Shown here: positions 18,450 to 28,023 of the stretch, piece by piece
Numbering within the stretch: the stretch's first letter is position 1
Layout of the letters: each line of letters starts with the position of its first letter
Source: Syntrophorhabdaceae bacterium
GTDB lineage: Bacteria > Desulfobacterota > Syntrophorhabdia > Syntrophorhabdales > Syntrophorhabdaceae
NCBI GenBank assembly: GCA_963665295.1
Contig: OY762209.1
Location: forward strand, 960,001 to 1,024,000
Length of the DNA: 64,000 bases
Reading direction: 5' to 3'
Position numbers and translations under genes: made by a program
The notes under the pieces: generated by a model
What the model was told of the DNA's origin: nothing
Seen by the model: the letters and a program-made list of their open reading frames with translations, nothing else
Databases searched by the model: none

Positions 18450-20371
18450 CCAGGCGATACCTTCAGACCATAACGAGAGACGAAGCGGTAAGGCGGGTCC
18501 TCGAACACGCCGTGCCCATGGAAAGTGAGGAGTACCTGCCCACCCATCAGTGCCGCGGCAGGATCACCACGAAGCCCGTGTACGCCCTCCAGTCCAACCC
18601 GCCCTTCATATGTTCGGCCATGGACGGGTATGCAGTCGATTTCGAGGTGACCCTCAAAGCCGACGTGACCCGACCCGTGACCCTTGCCAAAGGGGCGCAG
18701 GCCTTTCCCGTGAACACGGGGGACCCCATACCTCCCCGGACCAACGCGGTTATCATGAGAGAGGACGTGGAGGAGTCGGGGGCCGGGATCAGCATCAGAA
18801 AGCCCGTCTACCTGTGGCAGAACGTAAGAATGGTAGGCGAGGACGTGATCGAAGGGGACATGCTCGTGCCCACCAACCATCGGATCAGGGCTTTCGATGT
18901 GGGAATGCTCCTTTCGAGCGGGGTGAAAGCCCTCTTCGTGAAGAAGAGGCCGTCATGCCTCATCGTCCCCACAGGCAAGGAACTGGTGGACCCCTACGCG
19001 GAGACGGAGGCCGGGGGCCCCGGTAACCGCCTCATCGATTTCAACTCCTACACCCTTCTCGTGCTTGCGGAAGAGATGGGGTTCAACGCCACCCAGTCCG
19101 GAATAATCTTCACGAAGAGGGACCTTCTGGCCCTCGTGGAAAGGGCGGCGAAGGATTACGACGTAGTCCTCGTGAACGCGGGATCGAGCGCGGGAAGCGA
19201 AGATTACACGGAGGACGTGATCAGGGAACTCGGGGAACTTGTCTTCCACGGCATCTCCATGATGCCCGGCAAACCCGTGATGTTCGGCGTGGTAAAAGGC
19301 ACCCCCGTGTTCGGGATACCTGGCTATCCCGTGTCCGCAGTCATCAGCTTCAAGGCCCTCCTGGAACCTCTTTACGAGAGGCTTTCCAATACGGTGTTCC
19401 TGAAAAGGCAGATAAAATGCATGACCCCTTACAAGATCCCCTCCCGTATCGGGGTTGAAGAGATACTGAGGGTCAATCTCATAAGGGAAAAAGGGGTTTG
19501 TCACGTGTTCCCCCTGCCGAGAGGGGCGAGCATATTCTCGTCCATGGCGCGGGCCGACGGGCTCATCACCATCCCGGAGCACGTGGAGGGTTACGATGAA
19601 GGCGAGGAAATCGTCTCGGACCTCATGGTGCAGGAGGATGCGCTGGAAAAGCGGATCCACATCGTGGGCAGCCATGACCTGTGCCTCGATATCCTGAGGG
19701 ATATGACAAAACGACAATATCCCGACACGGACCTCATATCGACCCACGTGGGGAGCTTGAGCGGCATCATGGCGGTCAGGAAGGGCATTGCCCACCTTTG
19801 CACGACCCACATTCTCGACGGGAACGAAAAGGTGTACAACATCCCCGCCCTGCTGAAATATCTTCCCTCGAGGTCCTGGGTCCTCGTGCATATTGCGAAG
19901 CGCACGCAGGGACTTCTGGTGAAAAAGGGAAACCCCAAGAAAATCAAAGACGTGACAGACCTTCAGAGAAATGATATACTATTTGTGAACAGGCAGGCCG
20001 GCTCCGGCACGAGGATTCTTCTGGACACCCTCTTAAAAGAAAAGGGCATCAGAAAAGAATCGATCCGGGGTTACGACCGGGAAGAATCGACACATACTGC
20101 CGTGGGCGTACTGATTAAGGAAGGCATTGCTGACGTTGGTATAGCTATCTATTCTATATCGCAACTCTTTTCCCTCGATTGCATTCCCTTGATGGAAGAA
20201 GACTACGACCTGCTCGTCACCGGAGAGTTTATGGAGAACCCCAAGTTCACGCGCCTCATGGAGTTGATCCGGTCACAGGAATTTAAGGACCGCCTCGACA
20301 AGATCGGCGGGTACAACACCGGGGCTACCGGAACGATAAAGTACGTACACGAGCAGGCTGCGGGCGTCTGA
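18446..20371 (+). CDS. moeA: MoeA fused to a C-terminal periplasmic-binding-like (PBP) domain
   Basis: TTG start 18446 with GGAGG; SAMDGYAV, GSSAGSEDY, then GSHDL, NRQAGSGTRILLD. Confidence 0.92.
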   Translation: MTRRYLQTITRDEAVRRVLEHAVPMESEEYLPTHQCRGRITTKPVYALQSNPPFICSAMDGYAVDFEVTLKADVTRPVTLAKGAQAFPVNTGDPIPPRTNAVIMREDVEESGAGISIRKPVYLWQNVRMVGEDVIEGDMLVPTNHRIRAFDVGMLLSSGVKALFVKKRPSCLIVPTGKELVDPYAETEAGGPGNRLIDFNSYTLLVLAEEMGFNATQSGIIFTKRDLLALVERAAKDYDVVLVNAGSSAGSEDYTEDVIRELGELVFHGISMMPGKPVMFGVVKGTPVFGIPGYPVSAVISFKALLEPLYERLSNTVFLKRQIKCMTPYKIPSRIGVEEILRVNLIREKGVCHVFPLPRGASIFSSMARADGLITIPEHVEGYDEGEEIVSDLMVQEDALEKRIHIVGSHDLCLDILRDMTKRQYPDTDLISTHVGSLSGIMAVRKGIAHLCTTHILDGNEKVYNIPALLKYLPSRSWVLVHIAKRTQGLLVKKGNPKKIKDVTDLQRNDILFVNRQAGSGTRILLDTLLKEKGIRKESIRGYDREESTHTAVGVLIKEGIADVGIAIYSISQLFSLDCIPLMEEDYDLLVTGEFMENPKFTRLMELIRSQEFKDRLDKIGGYNTGATGTIKYVHEQAAGV

Positions 20372-20451
20372 TGGGCGTCGCCTGAAGGGGAAAACATCCC
20401 CCGTCGGGGCTCTTCCCGCCGGCTTCTCACGTATTCATAGGAGTAAACACC

Positions 20452-21426
20452 ATGTTGATGGACCGATTTGATCGGGTGATAGACTATATACGGATCTCCG
20501 TGACAGACAGATGCAACTTAAGGTGCAGGTACTGCGTGGACGGCCAATTGCCCTTTATCGCCCATGAAGAGATTTTGAGATACGAGGAGATCATCAGGTT
20601 CGTGCGCATATGCGCGGGACTCAAGGTAAACAAAATCAGGATTACCGGCGGCGAACCCCTTGCGAGAAGGGGCATTCCTTTTTTAATAAAGGAAATCAAT
20701 GCCATTCCCGGGATAGAGGACATCGGTCTCACTACGAACGGGGTGCTCCTCGGGGACCAGATAACCGCCTTGAAGGAAGCGGGGCTCAAGAGGGTCAATA
20801 TTAGCCTCGACACCATGAAGAAGGACCGCTTCGCTTATATTACCGGGGTCGACGCCTTTGACGCCGTGCTGAAAAGCATCAAGATGTCGGTCAAAGCGGG
20901 GCTCTCCCCTGTGAAGATCAACACGGTGATTATCCAGGGCTTTAACGAGGATGAAATTCTCAGCTTCGCAAAACTCGCGAAGACCCGGAACGTGGAGGTC
21001 CGTTTCATCGAATTCATGCCTTTCGGCGACTTCGCCCTCTGGCAGGACTCGAAGATCATCACGTCCCAGGAGATAGAAGACCTTATACGCACCAAATACA
21101 CCCTCGAACCATCCTCGAACACCCACAATGGGCCCGCAAGGATGTTCGATATAAAAGGCGGCATAGGGCGGATCGGCTTCATCAGCCCCGTCTCCACCCA
21201 TATATGTAACCGGTGCAACAGGATCCGCCTCACTGCCCAGGGCACCATAAGACCGTGCCTCTTTTCGGATGAGGAGTACGATGTGAAAACCATGCTCCGG
21301 GGAGGGGCATCGGACGAGGAGATACGGGATTTCGTGAGGGAAGTGGTGAAGGCGAAGCCGGAAAGGAAGGCCGAAATGGGCCAGATACGGAAGTGTCAGA
21401 GAAACCTGCGGAGCATCGGGGGATAA
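20452..21426 (+). CDS. moaA: GTP 3',8-cyclase MoaA
   Basis: CNLRCRYC, CNRCNRIRLT...PC, C-terminal IGG. Confidence 0.97.
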   Translation: MLMDRFDRVIDYIRISVTDRCNLRCRYCVDGQLPFIAHEEILRYEEIIRFVRICAGLKVNKIRITGGEPLARRGIPFLIKEINAIPGIEDIGLTTNGVLLGDQITALKEAGLKRVNISLDTMKKDRFAYITGVDAFDAVLKSIKMSVKAGLSPVKINTVIIQGFNEDEILSFAKLAKTRNVEVRFIEFMPFGDFALWQDSKIITSQEIEDLIRTKYTLEPSSNTHNGPARMFDIKGGIGRIGFISPVSTHICNRCNRIRLTAQGTIRPCLFSDEEYDVKTMLRGGASDEEIRDFVREVVKAKPERKAEMGQIRKCQRNLRSIGG

Positions 21427-21461
21427 AGAGGACCGGTGAACGCCGAGAGAGGGGAGCATAG

Positions 21462-21935
21462 ATGGAACTGACTCACATTGACAAAGACGGCAAGGCCCGC
21501 ATGGTGGATGTCTCCGGCAAGGAGGAGACGCAAAGGGAAGCGAAGGCCGCGGGAAAGGTAAAGATGGCGAAAAGCACCTACGAGCTGGTCCGGACGGGCC
21601 AGGGGCCGAAGGGCGACATATTCACCGTGGCCAAGGTAGCGGGCATCATGGGCGCGAAAAGGACCCACGATCTCATACCCCTGTGCCATCCCCTCGGGCT
21701 CACCCATATAGACGTGAGCTTTGACTTCGATGACGAGGCAAGTACGGTGCATATCACCTCCACGGTGAAGACCAGGGGACAGACGGGCGTCGAGATGGAG
21801 GCCCTTACCTGCGCCATGGTTACCGCCCTTACTGTGTACGACATGTGCAAGGCCGTGGACAAAGGCATAGAATTGGGACCCTTCTTCCTCCTTGAAAAGA
21901 GCGGAGGGAAAAGCGGCAGGTACGAAAGATCATGA
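21462..21935 (+). CDS. moaC: cPMP synthase MoaC
   Basis: MVDVSGK, LIPLCH, TGVEMEAL, YDMCKAVD. Confidence 0.97.
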   Translation: MELTHIDKDGKARMVDVSGKEETQREAKAAGKVKMAKSTYELVRTGQGPKGDIFTVAKVAGIMGAKRTHDLIPLCHPLGLTHIDVSFDFDDEASTVHITSTVKTRGQTGVEMEALTCAMVTALTVYDMCKAVDKGIELGPFFLLEKSGGKSGRYERS

Positions 21936-21975
21936 TGGGCGGCGTCACCATATCAGCAGGAAGCGAGGTAAGAAG

Positions 21976-22413
21976 ATGAAAGGAAAAGTCATATCCGTCA
22001 ATATCAGCGAGAAGAAAGGCGAGAAGAAGCACAATATAGGCAAAGCGAAGGTCATCAAGGCCTTCGGCCTCGAGAACGACGCCCACGGAGGCTTCATGCA
22101 CAGGCAGATAAGCCTTCTTTCCCGGGCAAGCATCGAGAAGATGCGCGAGAAGGGCGCTGATGTGGACTGCGGGGATTTCGCCGAGAACCTCACCATAGAA
22201 GGGATCGATCTCCCTGCCCTGCCTATAGGCACGGTGCTCACCGTCGGGAACGGCCTGAAGGTCAGGGTGACTCAGATCGGCAAGGAGTGTCACAGCAGGT
22301 GCGCCATATTCGAGCAGGTGGGCGACTGTGTGATGCCGAGAGAGGGCATATTCGTGGAAGTGCTCTCCGACGGCGAGGTCGCGGTGGGGGACTCCATAGA
22401 GGTGCTCCCATGA
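21976..22413 (+). CDS. MOSC domain protein
   Basis: RQISLL, FAENLT, QIGKECH, CVMPREGIF. Confidence 0.9.
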   Translation: MKGKVISVNISEKKGEKKHNIGKAKVIKAFGLENDAHGGFMHRQISLLSRASIEKMREKGADVDCGDFAENLTIEGIDLPALPIGTVLTVGNGLKVRVTQIGKECHSRCAIFEQVGDCVMPREGIFVEVLSDGEVAVGDSIEVLP

Positions 22414-22898
22414 CATACAAGGCCGCCGTCATAACGGTAAGCGATAAAGGTTCTGTGGGCCAGAGGGTGGACAAGAGCGGACCCGCCCTCAAAGAGATGC
22501 TCGAGAAGACCTTCGACGTAACGGGCATCACCATCGTCCCCGACGAAGCGCCCATCATCGCCCGAACTATCGTGGAAATGATCGACACCCGGGGCATAGA
22601 CCTCGTGGTCACCACAGGCGGCACCGGGGTGAGCGTTCGGGATGTAACGCCCGAGGCCACACGTACCGTCATAGACCGCGAACTACCAGGTTTCGGGGAA
22701 GTCATGCGCATGGAAAGCTACAGGATCACCCCCCACAGCATCATCTCGCGGGCCATGGCCGGCATCCGGAAGGAGAGCCTCATAATCAATCTTCCCGGGA
22801 GCCCGAAGGCGGCCGTGGAATGCCTCGGCTTCGTCTTCGGCGCCATACCCCACGCCCTTTCAAAGATGAAAGGCGACCCGGCCGACTGCGGCTCCTGA
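22410..22898 (+). CDS. Molybdopterin adenylyltransferase MogA/MoaB family
   Basis: ITVSD, TTGGTG..RDVTPEAT, NLPGSPKA. Confidence 0.93.
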   Translation: MTYKAAVITVSDKGSVGQRVDKSGPALKEMLEKTFDVTGITIVPDEAPIIARTIVEMIDTRGIDLVVTTGGTGVSVRDVTPEATRTVIDRELPGFGEVMRMESYRITPHSIISRAMAGIRKESLIINLPGSPKAAVECLGFVFGAIPHALSKMKGDPADCGS

Positions 22899-22941
22899 TA
22901 CAACTATTGTATAAGGGTTTCGAATGGCTTGGGACGGGAAA

Positions 22942-23757
22942 TCAGCCCGTCAGATCGTCCATAATAACCTTGAACTCTCCCTGCGAATCCTGGAAGGCAT
23001 CAACGATCGTGGGGTCGAATTGCGCTTTAGCGCCCTTTGAGATAATCTCGACGGTCCTTTCATGGGAAAACGGCGGTTTGTACGGCCTTTCCGACCTCAG
23101 CGCGTCGTATGCATCGGCAACCGCCATTATGCGGGCGCACAAAGGGATATCCTCTCCCACCATCCCCGTGGGGTAACCGCTTCCGTCCCACTTTTCGTGG
23201 TGATAGCGGGCAATGGCGATACCCATCCGGACAAACTCGTTCCGAGGATACTGCTCGTGGACTGCCTGGAGGGTCTCGGAGCCGAGGACCGTGTGCCTTT
23301 TCATGGCCTCGAACTCCCTTGCCGTAAGCTTCGCGGGCTTCAGCAGGATGTCGTCCCTGATGGCTACTTTTCCGATATCATGGAGAGGGCTCGCATGATA
23401 GATATTCAGGACGAAGGTGTCATCTATCCTGGCGCTGTAAGGCGTGTTGCACCTGAGTCTTTCCGCGAGGATACCACAGAACCGGCGGACCCGCTCCAGA
23501 TGCGCCCCCGTACACTTGTCCCGCGATTCGGCGAGCTTGGCCAGGGCGAAGATCATCGCCATCTGGGAATTACTGATTTCCTTGACCTGTGCCTGGACCC
23601 TGTCGAGAAGGTCCGCCTCCACGTCATCCGAATGTTCCGTGGTCACCTCGATGATCAACTCGAGGTCGGCGTTTTTCCGGCTCAGTTCGTCGACCTTTTT
23701 GCGAAACTCCGCTATCTCCTGAAGCAGGATATGCTCGGGAACCGTTACCGTGTCCAT
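22942..23757 (-). CDS. HD-GYP c-di-GMP phosphodiesterase with N-terminal coiled coil
   Basis: ATG 23757 overlaps upstream stop; LHDIGK, HHEKWDGSGYP, ADAYDAL..RPYK. Confidence 0.92.
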   Translation of the reverse strand: MDTVTVPEHILLQEIAEFRKKVDELSRKNADLELIIEVTTEHSDDVEADLLDRVQAQVKEISNSQMAMIFALAKLAESRDKCTGAHLERVRRFCGILAERLRCNTPYSARIDDTFVLNIYHASPLHDIGKVAIRDDILLKPAKLTAREFEAMKRHTVLGSETLQAVHEQYPRNEFVRMGIAIARYHHEKWDGSGYPTGMVGEDIPLCARIMAVADAYDALRSERPYKPPFSHERTVEIISKGAKAQFDPTIVDAFQDSQGEFKVIMDDLTG

Positions 23758-24116
23758 CACTCCAGTTCCAGCGTAAGTTCGGGCATGAGTCTCTGCAGGT
23801 TCTTCAGTGATTTCCCCTGCCAGGAGAACAGGGAGGAACCCTGGACAACGAGACCGCTCTCCTTCAGATCCCGCACCTTGATCACGAACTTGGAAAGCGT
23901 GTTTATGCCGGAACTGTTCAGGAACTTCAGGTCTCTTACGTTCAACGTTATGGCGGGCGGCCTCTCTTCGACCACGCCGTTCAGCAGTTCCAGGATCGGA
24001 GCGTATTCCGTCGGACCATAGAGTCGGAGCGAACCGCTGCACGTGAGCGTGGCGGTGCCGGAGTCATAATTTATGTCGTAATTGTCGCCGTGAATTTCCA
24101 TGCCGGATACCCCCAT
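23757..24116 (-). CDS. STAS-like anti-anti-sigma protein (Slr1659-like)
   Basis: LKFLNSSGINTL phospho-acceptor motif, WQGKSLKNLQRLMP. Confidence 0.85.
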   Translation of the reverse strand: MGVSGMEIHGDNYDINYDSGTATLTCSGSLRLYGPTEYAPILELLNGVVEERPPAITLNVRDLKFLNSSGINTLSKFVIKVRDLKESGLVVQGSSLFSWQGKSLKNLQRLMPELTLELE

Positions 24117-24138
24117 GTTTCATTACTGCTTCTTGCCT

Positions 24139-24744
24139 TCATTTCTCTACCCTTACTATGGGAAGACGCACCATCGTCGTAACCACGACGGTTTCATCCT
24201 CACCTTTGAGCGCCTGGAATTTCCATGCCAGCTTTGCCTTGTAGTCATTCATTATGGTAAGCAATCCCAGTTTGGACTGCTCCGAAACGGTATCTTCAAG
24301 ATGACGCATGTAGAGCTTATCGGCGTCTTCTGAGAGAACCTTACCGATATACTCCTGAAAAAGGGCCGCGTGGGGATGTGTGACGCTGTTGGTCACGCAA
24401 AACCTCAGCTCGTTGCCGTCCAGATAAAGACCGATGGTAATAGGGAGGCGTGATGCCGTATTCGCGAACTTGATGGCGTTTTCAAGCATCTCGTTCGAGA
24501 TAAAACTGACGGCATCCTTGATTTCAGCACGATCGGCCTGTCCGGGACCTTCCAGGACAGGAAAGAAGGTGCCCCAGTAATCGGCGAGAAACTCCGCGGA
24601 AAAGCTGTTGTTCCGCCACCGGCGTTGAATCGGGATCGATCCGGGCGAAAAGCTGATCACGAGGTACTCGGCGCACTCGTTCTCGACGAATTCCCCGAAT
24701 ATCTGCGTCGCCATGTTATTCTGTCCCCCACCCGGCTCAGCCAT
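24139..24744 (-). CDS. Anti-sigma/kinase-like regulator (Slr1658/DUF6272-like; start may be 24714)
   Basis: RWRNNSFSAEFLADY, NEMLENAIKF (N-box), SKLGLLTIMNDY. Confidence 0.82.
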   Translation of the reverse strand: MAEPGGGQNNMATQIFGEFVENECAEYLVISFSPGSIPIQRRWRNNSFSAEFLADYWGTFFPVLEGPGQADRAEIKDAVSFISNEMLENAIKFANTASRLPITIGLYLDGNELRFCVTNSVTHPHAALFQEYIGKVLSEDADKLYMRHLEDTVSEQSKLGLLTIMNDYKAKLAWKFQALKGEDETVVVTTMVRLPIVRVEK

Positions 24745-26131
24745 CGATCTCCCCGGACGCCGCCTGGGCGTCCCTCATTCTCTTGAGCACGACCACCGCA
24801 AGATCATCGTACATCTTGCCCTGCCCCACGTGGCGGTATATGTCTTCGAGGAGGGCCTCTCTTGTCTTCTCCGATGAACTGTTCCAGCATCTCCCGACGA
24901 CACCGCACAAACGCTCCACCCCGTACTGATCGCCCGAGCCGTCCTGCGCCTCGGTCACCCCATCGGTGTACAGTACTACCCCGTCTCCCGGGTGAAGGGT
25001 CACCGCCACCTCCCTGACAAAGGAGGAGATGTCCTCTTCGAGGCCTATAGGCATTCCGAGGTCTACCGTGTCTATAAGCTCTACCTTGCCGCCCTCGCGC
25101 ACAATGATAACGTGCTCGTGCTGGCCTACCACCCGGAGGACTCCATTATGGAGGATACACACGATGAGAGAGAGGCTCTTGTCCGTTTTCATGCGCTGCA
25201 CGTTGTGATAGATGGTCCTGTTTATGACATTCATGAACCGGGTGAGGTCGTGCTCCCCATAGGTGAGGAGGGTCCTGATGGCGGTCTGGACCATCAGCAT
25301 GAGGACGCCGCTCTCTAACCCGTGCCCTGTCACGTCTCCTATGCCGATGCCGACAAGCCCGTTATTCTGGTATACATCGTAGTAGTCACCGCCTACCTCG
25401 TCGGCGGGAATCATGAGGCCGCTTATGTCCAGTTCCCTGATATTGCTGAGTTCCTCAGGGGCGGGGAGAATAAGCTGCTGAAGCCTCCGGGTGACGGTCA
25501 ACTCGGCGCTCATGCGGAGGTTTTCCGCCTCGAGCCGCTTGTTGAGGGAGACAATGCTCTTGTTCGCCTCCACCAGTTCTTCCGTTCTCAAGGCCACGCG
25601 CTGCTCGAGCTCCTCCTTGAGCTTGTAAAGCTGACTCGTCCGTTCCAGCACGAGGTCTTCCAGGCGATTCCGATACGTTTCCAGCTCAAGCTCGAGGGTC
25701 TTCCGTTCGTTTATGTCCGTTATGGTCCCGGAGGTCCCTATGATATTGTCCCCTTCGTCCAGTGTGAGCCGGGCATAGACCTCCATCCAGCACGGGCTGC
25801 CGTCCTTGGTGGTATACCTGATGTGATGGCGGCAATAGTCCTTCTTCCTCTCTATGAGAGGGAGAAACCTCTGCTGGTTCAGCTCCCTGTCTTCCGGCCA
25901 GACGTAATTGAGAAAAAGGTTCCCCAGGCTTTCCTCAACCTTGAAACCCGTGACCTCTTCCCAGGCAGGATTAAGGAACGTCCAGAGCCCGGTCGCGTCC
26001 GTTTGAAAAACTATATCTTTGAGGTTATCAACTACCAGACGGTAATTACTCTGACTCTTCCGGAGGGCCTCCTTGGTGCGATCGTGTTTTTCCCTCAGAA
26101 GATCGAGTTCCGATACTTGCGGCTGCATCAT
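24737..26131 (-). CDS. PAS + coiled coil + SpoIIE/PP2C phosphatase
   Basis: PAS/PAC, EVGGDYYD, IGDVTGHG, YTDGVTEA, YDDL. Confidence 0.93.
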   Translation of the reverse strand: MMQPQVSELDLLREKHDRTKEALRKSQSNYRLVVDNLKDIVFQTDATGLWTFLNPAWEEVTGFKVEESLGNLFLNYVWPEDRELNQQRFLPLIERKKDYCRHHIRYTTKDGSPCWMEVYARLTLDEGDNIIGTSGTITDINERKTLELELETYRNRLEDLVLERTSQLYKLKEELEQRVALRTEELVEANKSIVSLNKRLEAENLRMSAELTVTRRLQQLILPAPEELSNIRELDISGLMIPADEVGGDYYDVYQNNGLVGIGIGDVTGHGLESGVLMLMVQTAIRTLLTYGEHDLTRFMNVINRTIYHNVQRMKTDKSLSLIVCILHNGVLRVVGQHEHVIIVREGGKVELIDTVDLGMPIGLEEDISSFVREVAVTLHPGDGVVLYTDGVTEAQDGSGDQYGVERLCGVVGRCWNSSSEKTREALLEDIYRHVGQGKMYDDLAVVVLKRMRDAQAASGEIDG

Positions 26132-26364
26132 TCTCGTGTCCCCCTTTTTGTGTCTCTCTTAGGGTTATCGCCGATGAACCTCCGACCTTAAATAACATCC
26201 ATAAAATCAAAGGTGACAAAAGTGTTCTTCTGAGATGAAGGGCATGGCGTTCCTTGTGCCGGGGGTTTCGAACAGGAGGATAATGATCGGGCTTCCTTCG
26301 GGAACCGGCCTCTCCGGCTGGTTCCCTTTAGTCCGTGGCTGGCCCTTGGGGGCCGCACGTGGTC

Positions 26365-27726
26365 TCAGTCGCGCGGCGTCTTCGGCACGGGCGCGCCATG
26401 CACGGGGAAAGGATATTTCCCGGTAAGGCAGGCGTTGCAGAAATTGGGTCCCGCCACTTCCATCATCTCATCGATCTTAAGGTACCGGAAGGTATCGACT
26501 CCCACCAGGTTCCTGAGGTCGTCGTCGGTCCTGTTCGTGGCGAGCAGTTCGCCCGGCTTGGCCATGGCCATCCCCATGAAGCATGGGAAACGGGGGGGCG
26601 GCGCAGTAAGCCGGAAATGGATCTTCCTCGCCCCTGCCTCACGCAGTTTCGGGATGAGGATCATGGCCGTGGACCCTCTCACCAGGAGCGTATCGATGAG
26701 GAAGATATCTTTCCCTCTTATCATCTCCCGGTTGATCTGGAACTTCTTCTCCGCTTTTTCGAGTCTGTCCTTTTCCTTGGAGATTATGAAGATCCTCCCG
26801 ATCTCGCCCACGGTGCTTACCGCTTCTTTGAAAGGTATGCCCGTGACGCTGTGAAAACCCAGGGCCCCGGGAATGGCCGCCCTCGGGATAGGGATGATCA
26901 TGTCCGCCTTCTCGACCTCGTCCACGGCGAGCCTCTTGCCCACCTTTTCCCTGAATTCATAGACATTTTCCGAGAAAACCCGGCTCGCCGAAGAAGCGTA
27001 GTCGAGACATTCGAGGATACAGCGATGGGGCTTGGGTTGTGCGAAAGAGACACTCCGCATTTCCTCACCCTCGATGATCACGATCCGGCCGGGCTCCACG
27101 TCCCCGACCCACTCGAACCTGTCGCCGAAGGCGCAGGTCTCGGAGGCTAAGGCCCACTCGTAGTCCCCTTCTTCACCGCTTCTCCCTATTGAGAGGGGCC
27201 TGAAGCCGAAGGGGTCGCGAGCCGCGATCAATCTCCCCTGGTGGAGTATTATGAGGCTGAAAGCTGCCTCCTTTGAGAGGAGGTCCAGGGTCTTCTGCGT
27301 TTTTTCCACCATATCGGCGCCTTCCGAACGGACGATCATCTGGAGGATCACTTCCGTGTCGGTCTCCGTTTGAAAGAGGCCGCCGATCTTTTCCATCCAG
27401 TACCGGTATCTCGGCATGTGTCCGTTGTGCACAATGGCGATCTTCTCCTTGGCATAACTTCCGATGATGGGCTGTGAGTTCCGTTCGCTCGCCTCTCCCG
27501 CGGTGGGGTAGCGGACATGCCCTATGGCAATGGAACCAAAGTGGAGCCTGCTCAATGGGGGAGCCTGGAAGATCGATCCCGTCCTCCTCATCTCGGCAAA
27601 GGAACCGTCCTTAAGTCCCGACACGATGCCCCAGCTCTCCTGCCCCCTGTGGGAAAGGCTCTCAAGGCCCGTCCTGACTTCGAAGAACGCGTTACCCTTG
27701 CCCATGAATCCGAATATCCCACTCAT
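26365..27726 (-). CDS. Amidophosphoribosyltransferase-like protein (PurF paralogue, lacks the N-terminal Cys)
   Basis: HRGQES, GHVRYPT, HNG, ARDPFGFRPL, ASETCAF; N-terminus MSGIFG; PRPP loop IDTLLVRGST. Confidence 0.85.
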   Translation of the reverse strand: MSGIFGFMGKGNAFFEVRTGLESLSHRGQESWGIVSGLKDGSFAEMRRTGSIFQAPPLSRLHFGSIAIGHVRYPTAGEASERNSQPIIGSYAKEKIAIVHNGHMPRYRYWMEKIGGLFQTETDTEVILQMIVRSEGADMVEKTQKTLDLLSKEAAFSLIILHQGRLIAARDPFGFRPLSIGRSGEEGDYEWALASETCAFGDRFEWVGDVEPGRIVIIEGEEMRSVSFAQPKPHRCILECLDYASSASRVFSENVYEFREKVGKRLAVDEVEKADMIIPIPRAAIPGALGFHSVTGIPFKEAVSTVGEIGRIFIISKEKDRLEKAEKKFQINREMIRGKDIFLIDTLLVRGSTAMILIPKLREAGARKIHFRLTAPPPRFPCFMGMAMAKPGELLATNRTDDDLRNLVGVDTFRYLKIDEMMEVAGPNFCNACLTGKYPFPVHGAPVPKTPRD

Positions 27727-27929
27727 CTTTCTTCTCCTTTCGATAGGGGGCCGCCCGTACTCCCGAGTCTCTCAAAACCGGGTATTTCACAAAACTTTGC
27801 GCTGATTTCAAAGGGGAGGTAAGGTTTTGTTATTACGCGAGATAATTTGCTGTCGCCCATATATCGCCTTATCACTATTGTACTTTATTTCGATCTTCAA
27901 ATCCAGCAAAGCTTCCAATGGGCCGTAAA

Positions 27930-27950
27930 GGGAGCAAAGACTTTGCTCCC
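27930..27950. promoter_or_regulatory. Perfect 21-bp interrupted palindrome (terminator or operator)
   Basis: GGGAGCAAAG-A-CTTTGCTCCC. Confidence 0.4.
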
Positions 27951-28023
27951 ATAGGGCGGTTAAACATCTCCCTGTTTCGAGGTATGCCTCCGTGCAATAT
28001 GCGTTGCCGGGAAAAACGCCCCC

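Noticed and set aside
20372..20451. Moco/Wco riboswitch before moaA
   Set aside because: Only short hairpins in 80 bp; no recognisable consensus
27727..28023. Purine, ZTP or PRPP riboswitch upstream of the purF-like gene
   Set aside because: No recognisable aptamer consensus by eye; a cmscan against Rfam would be decisive
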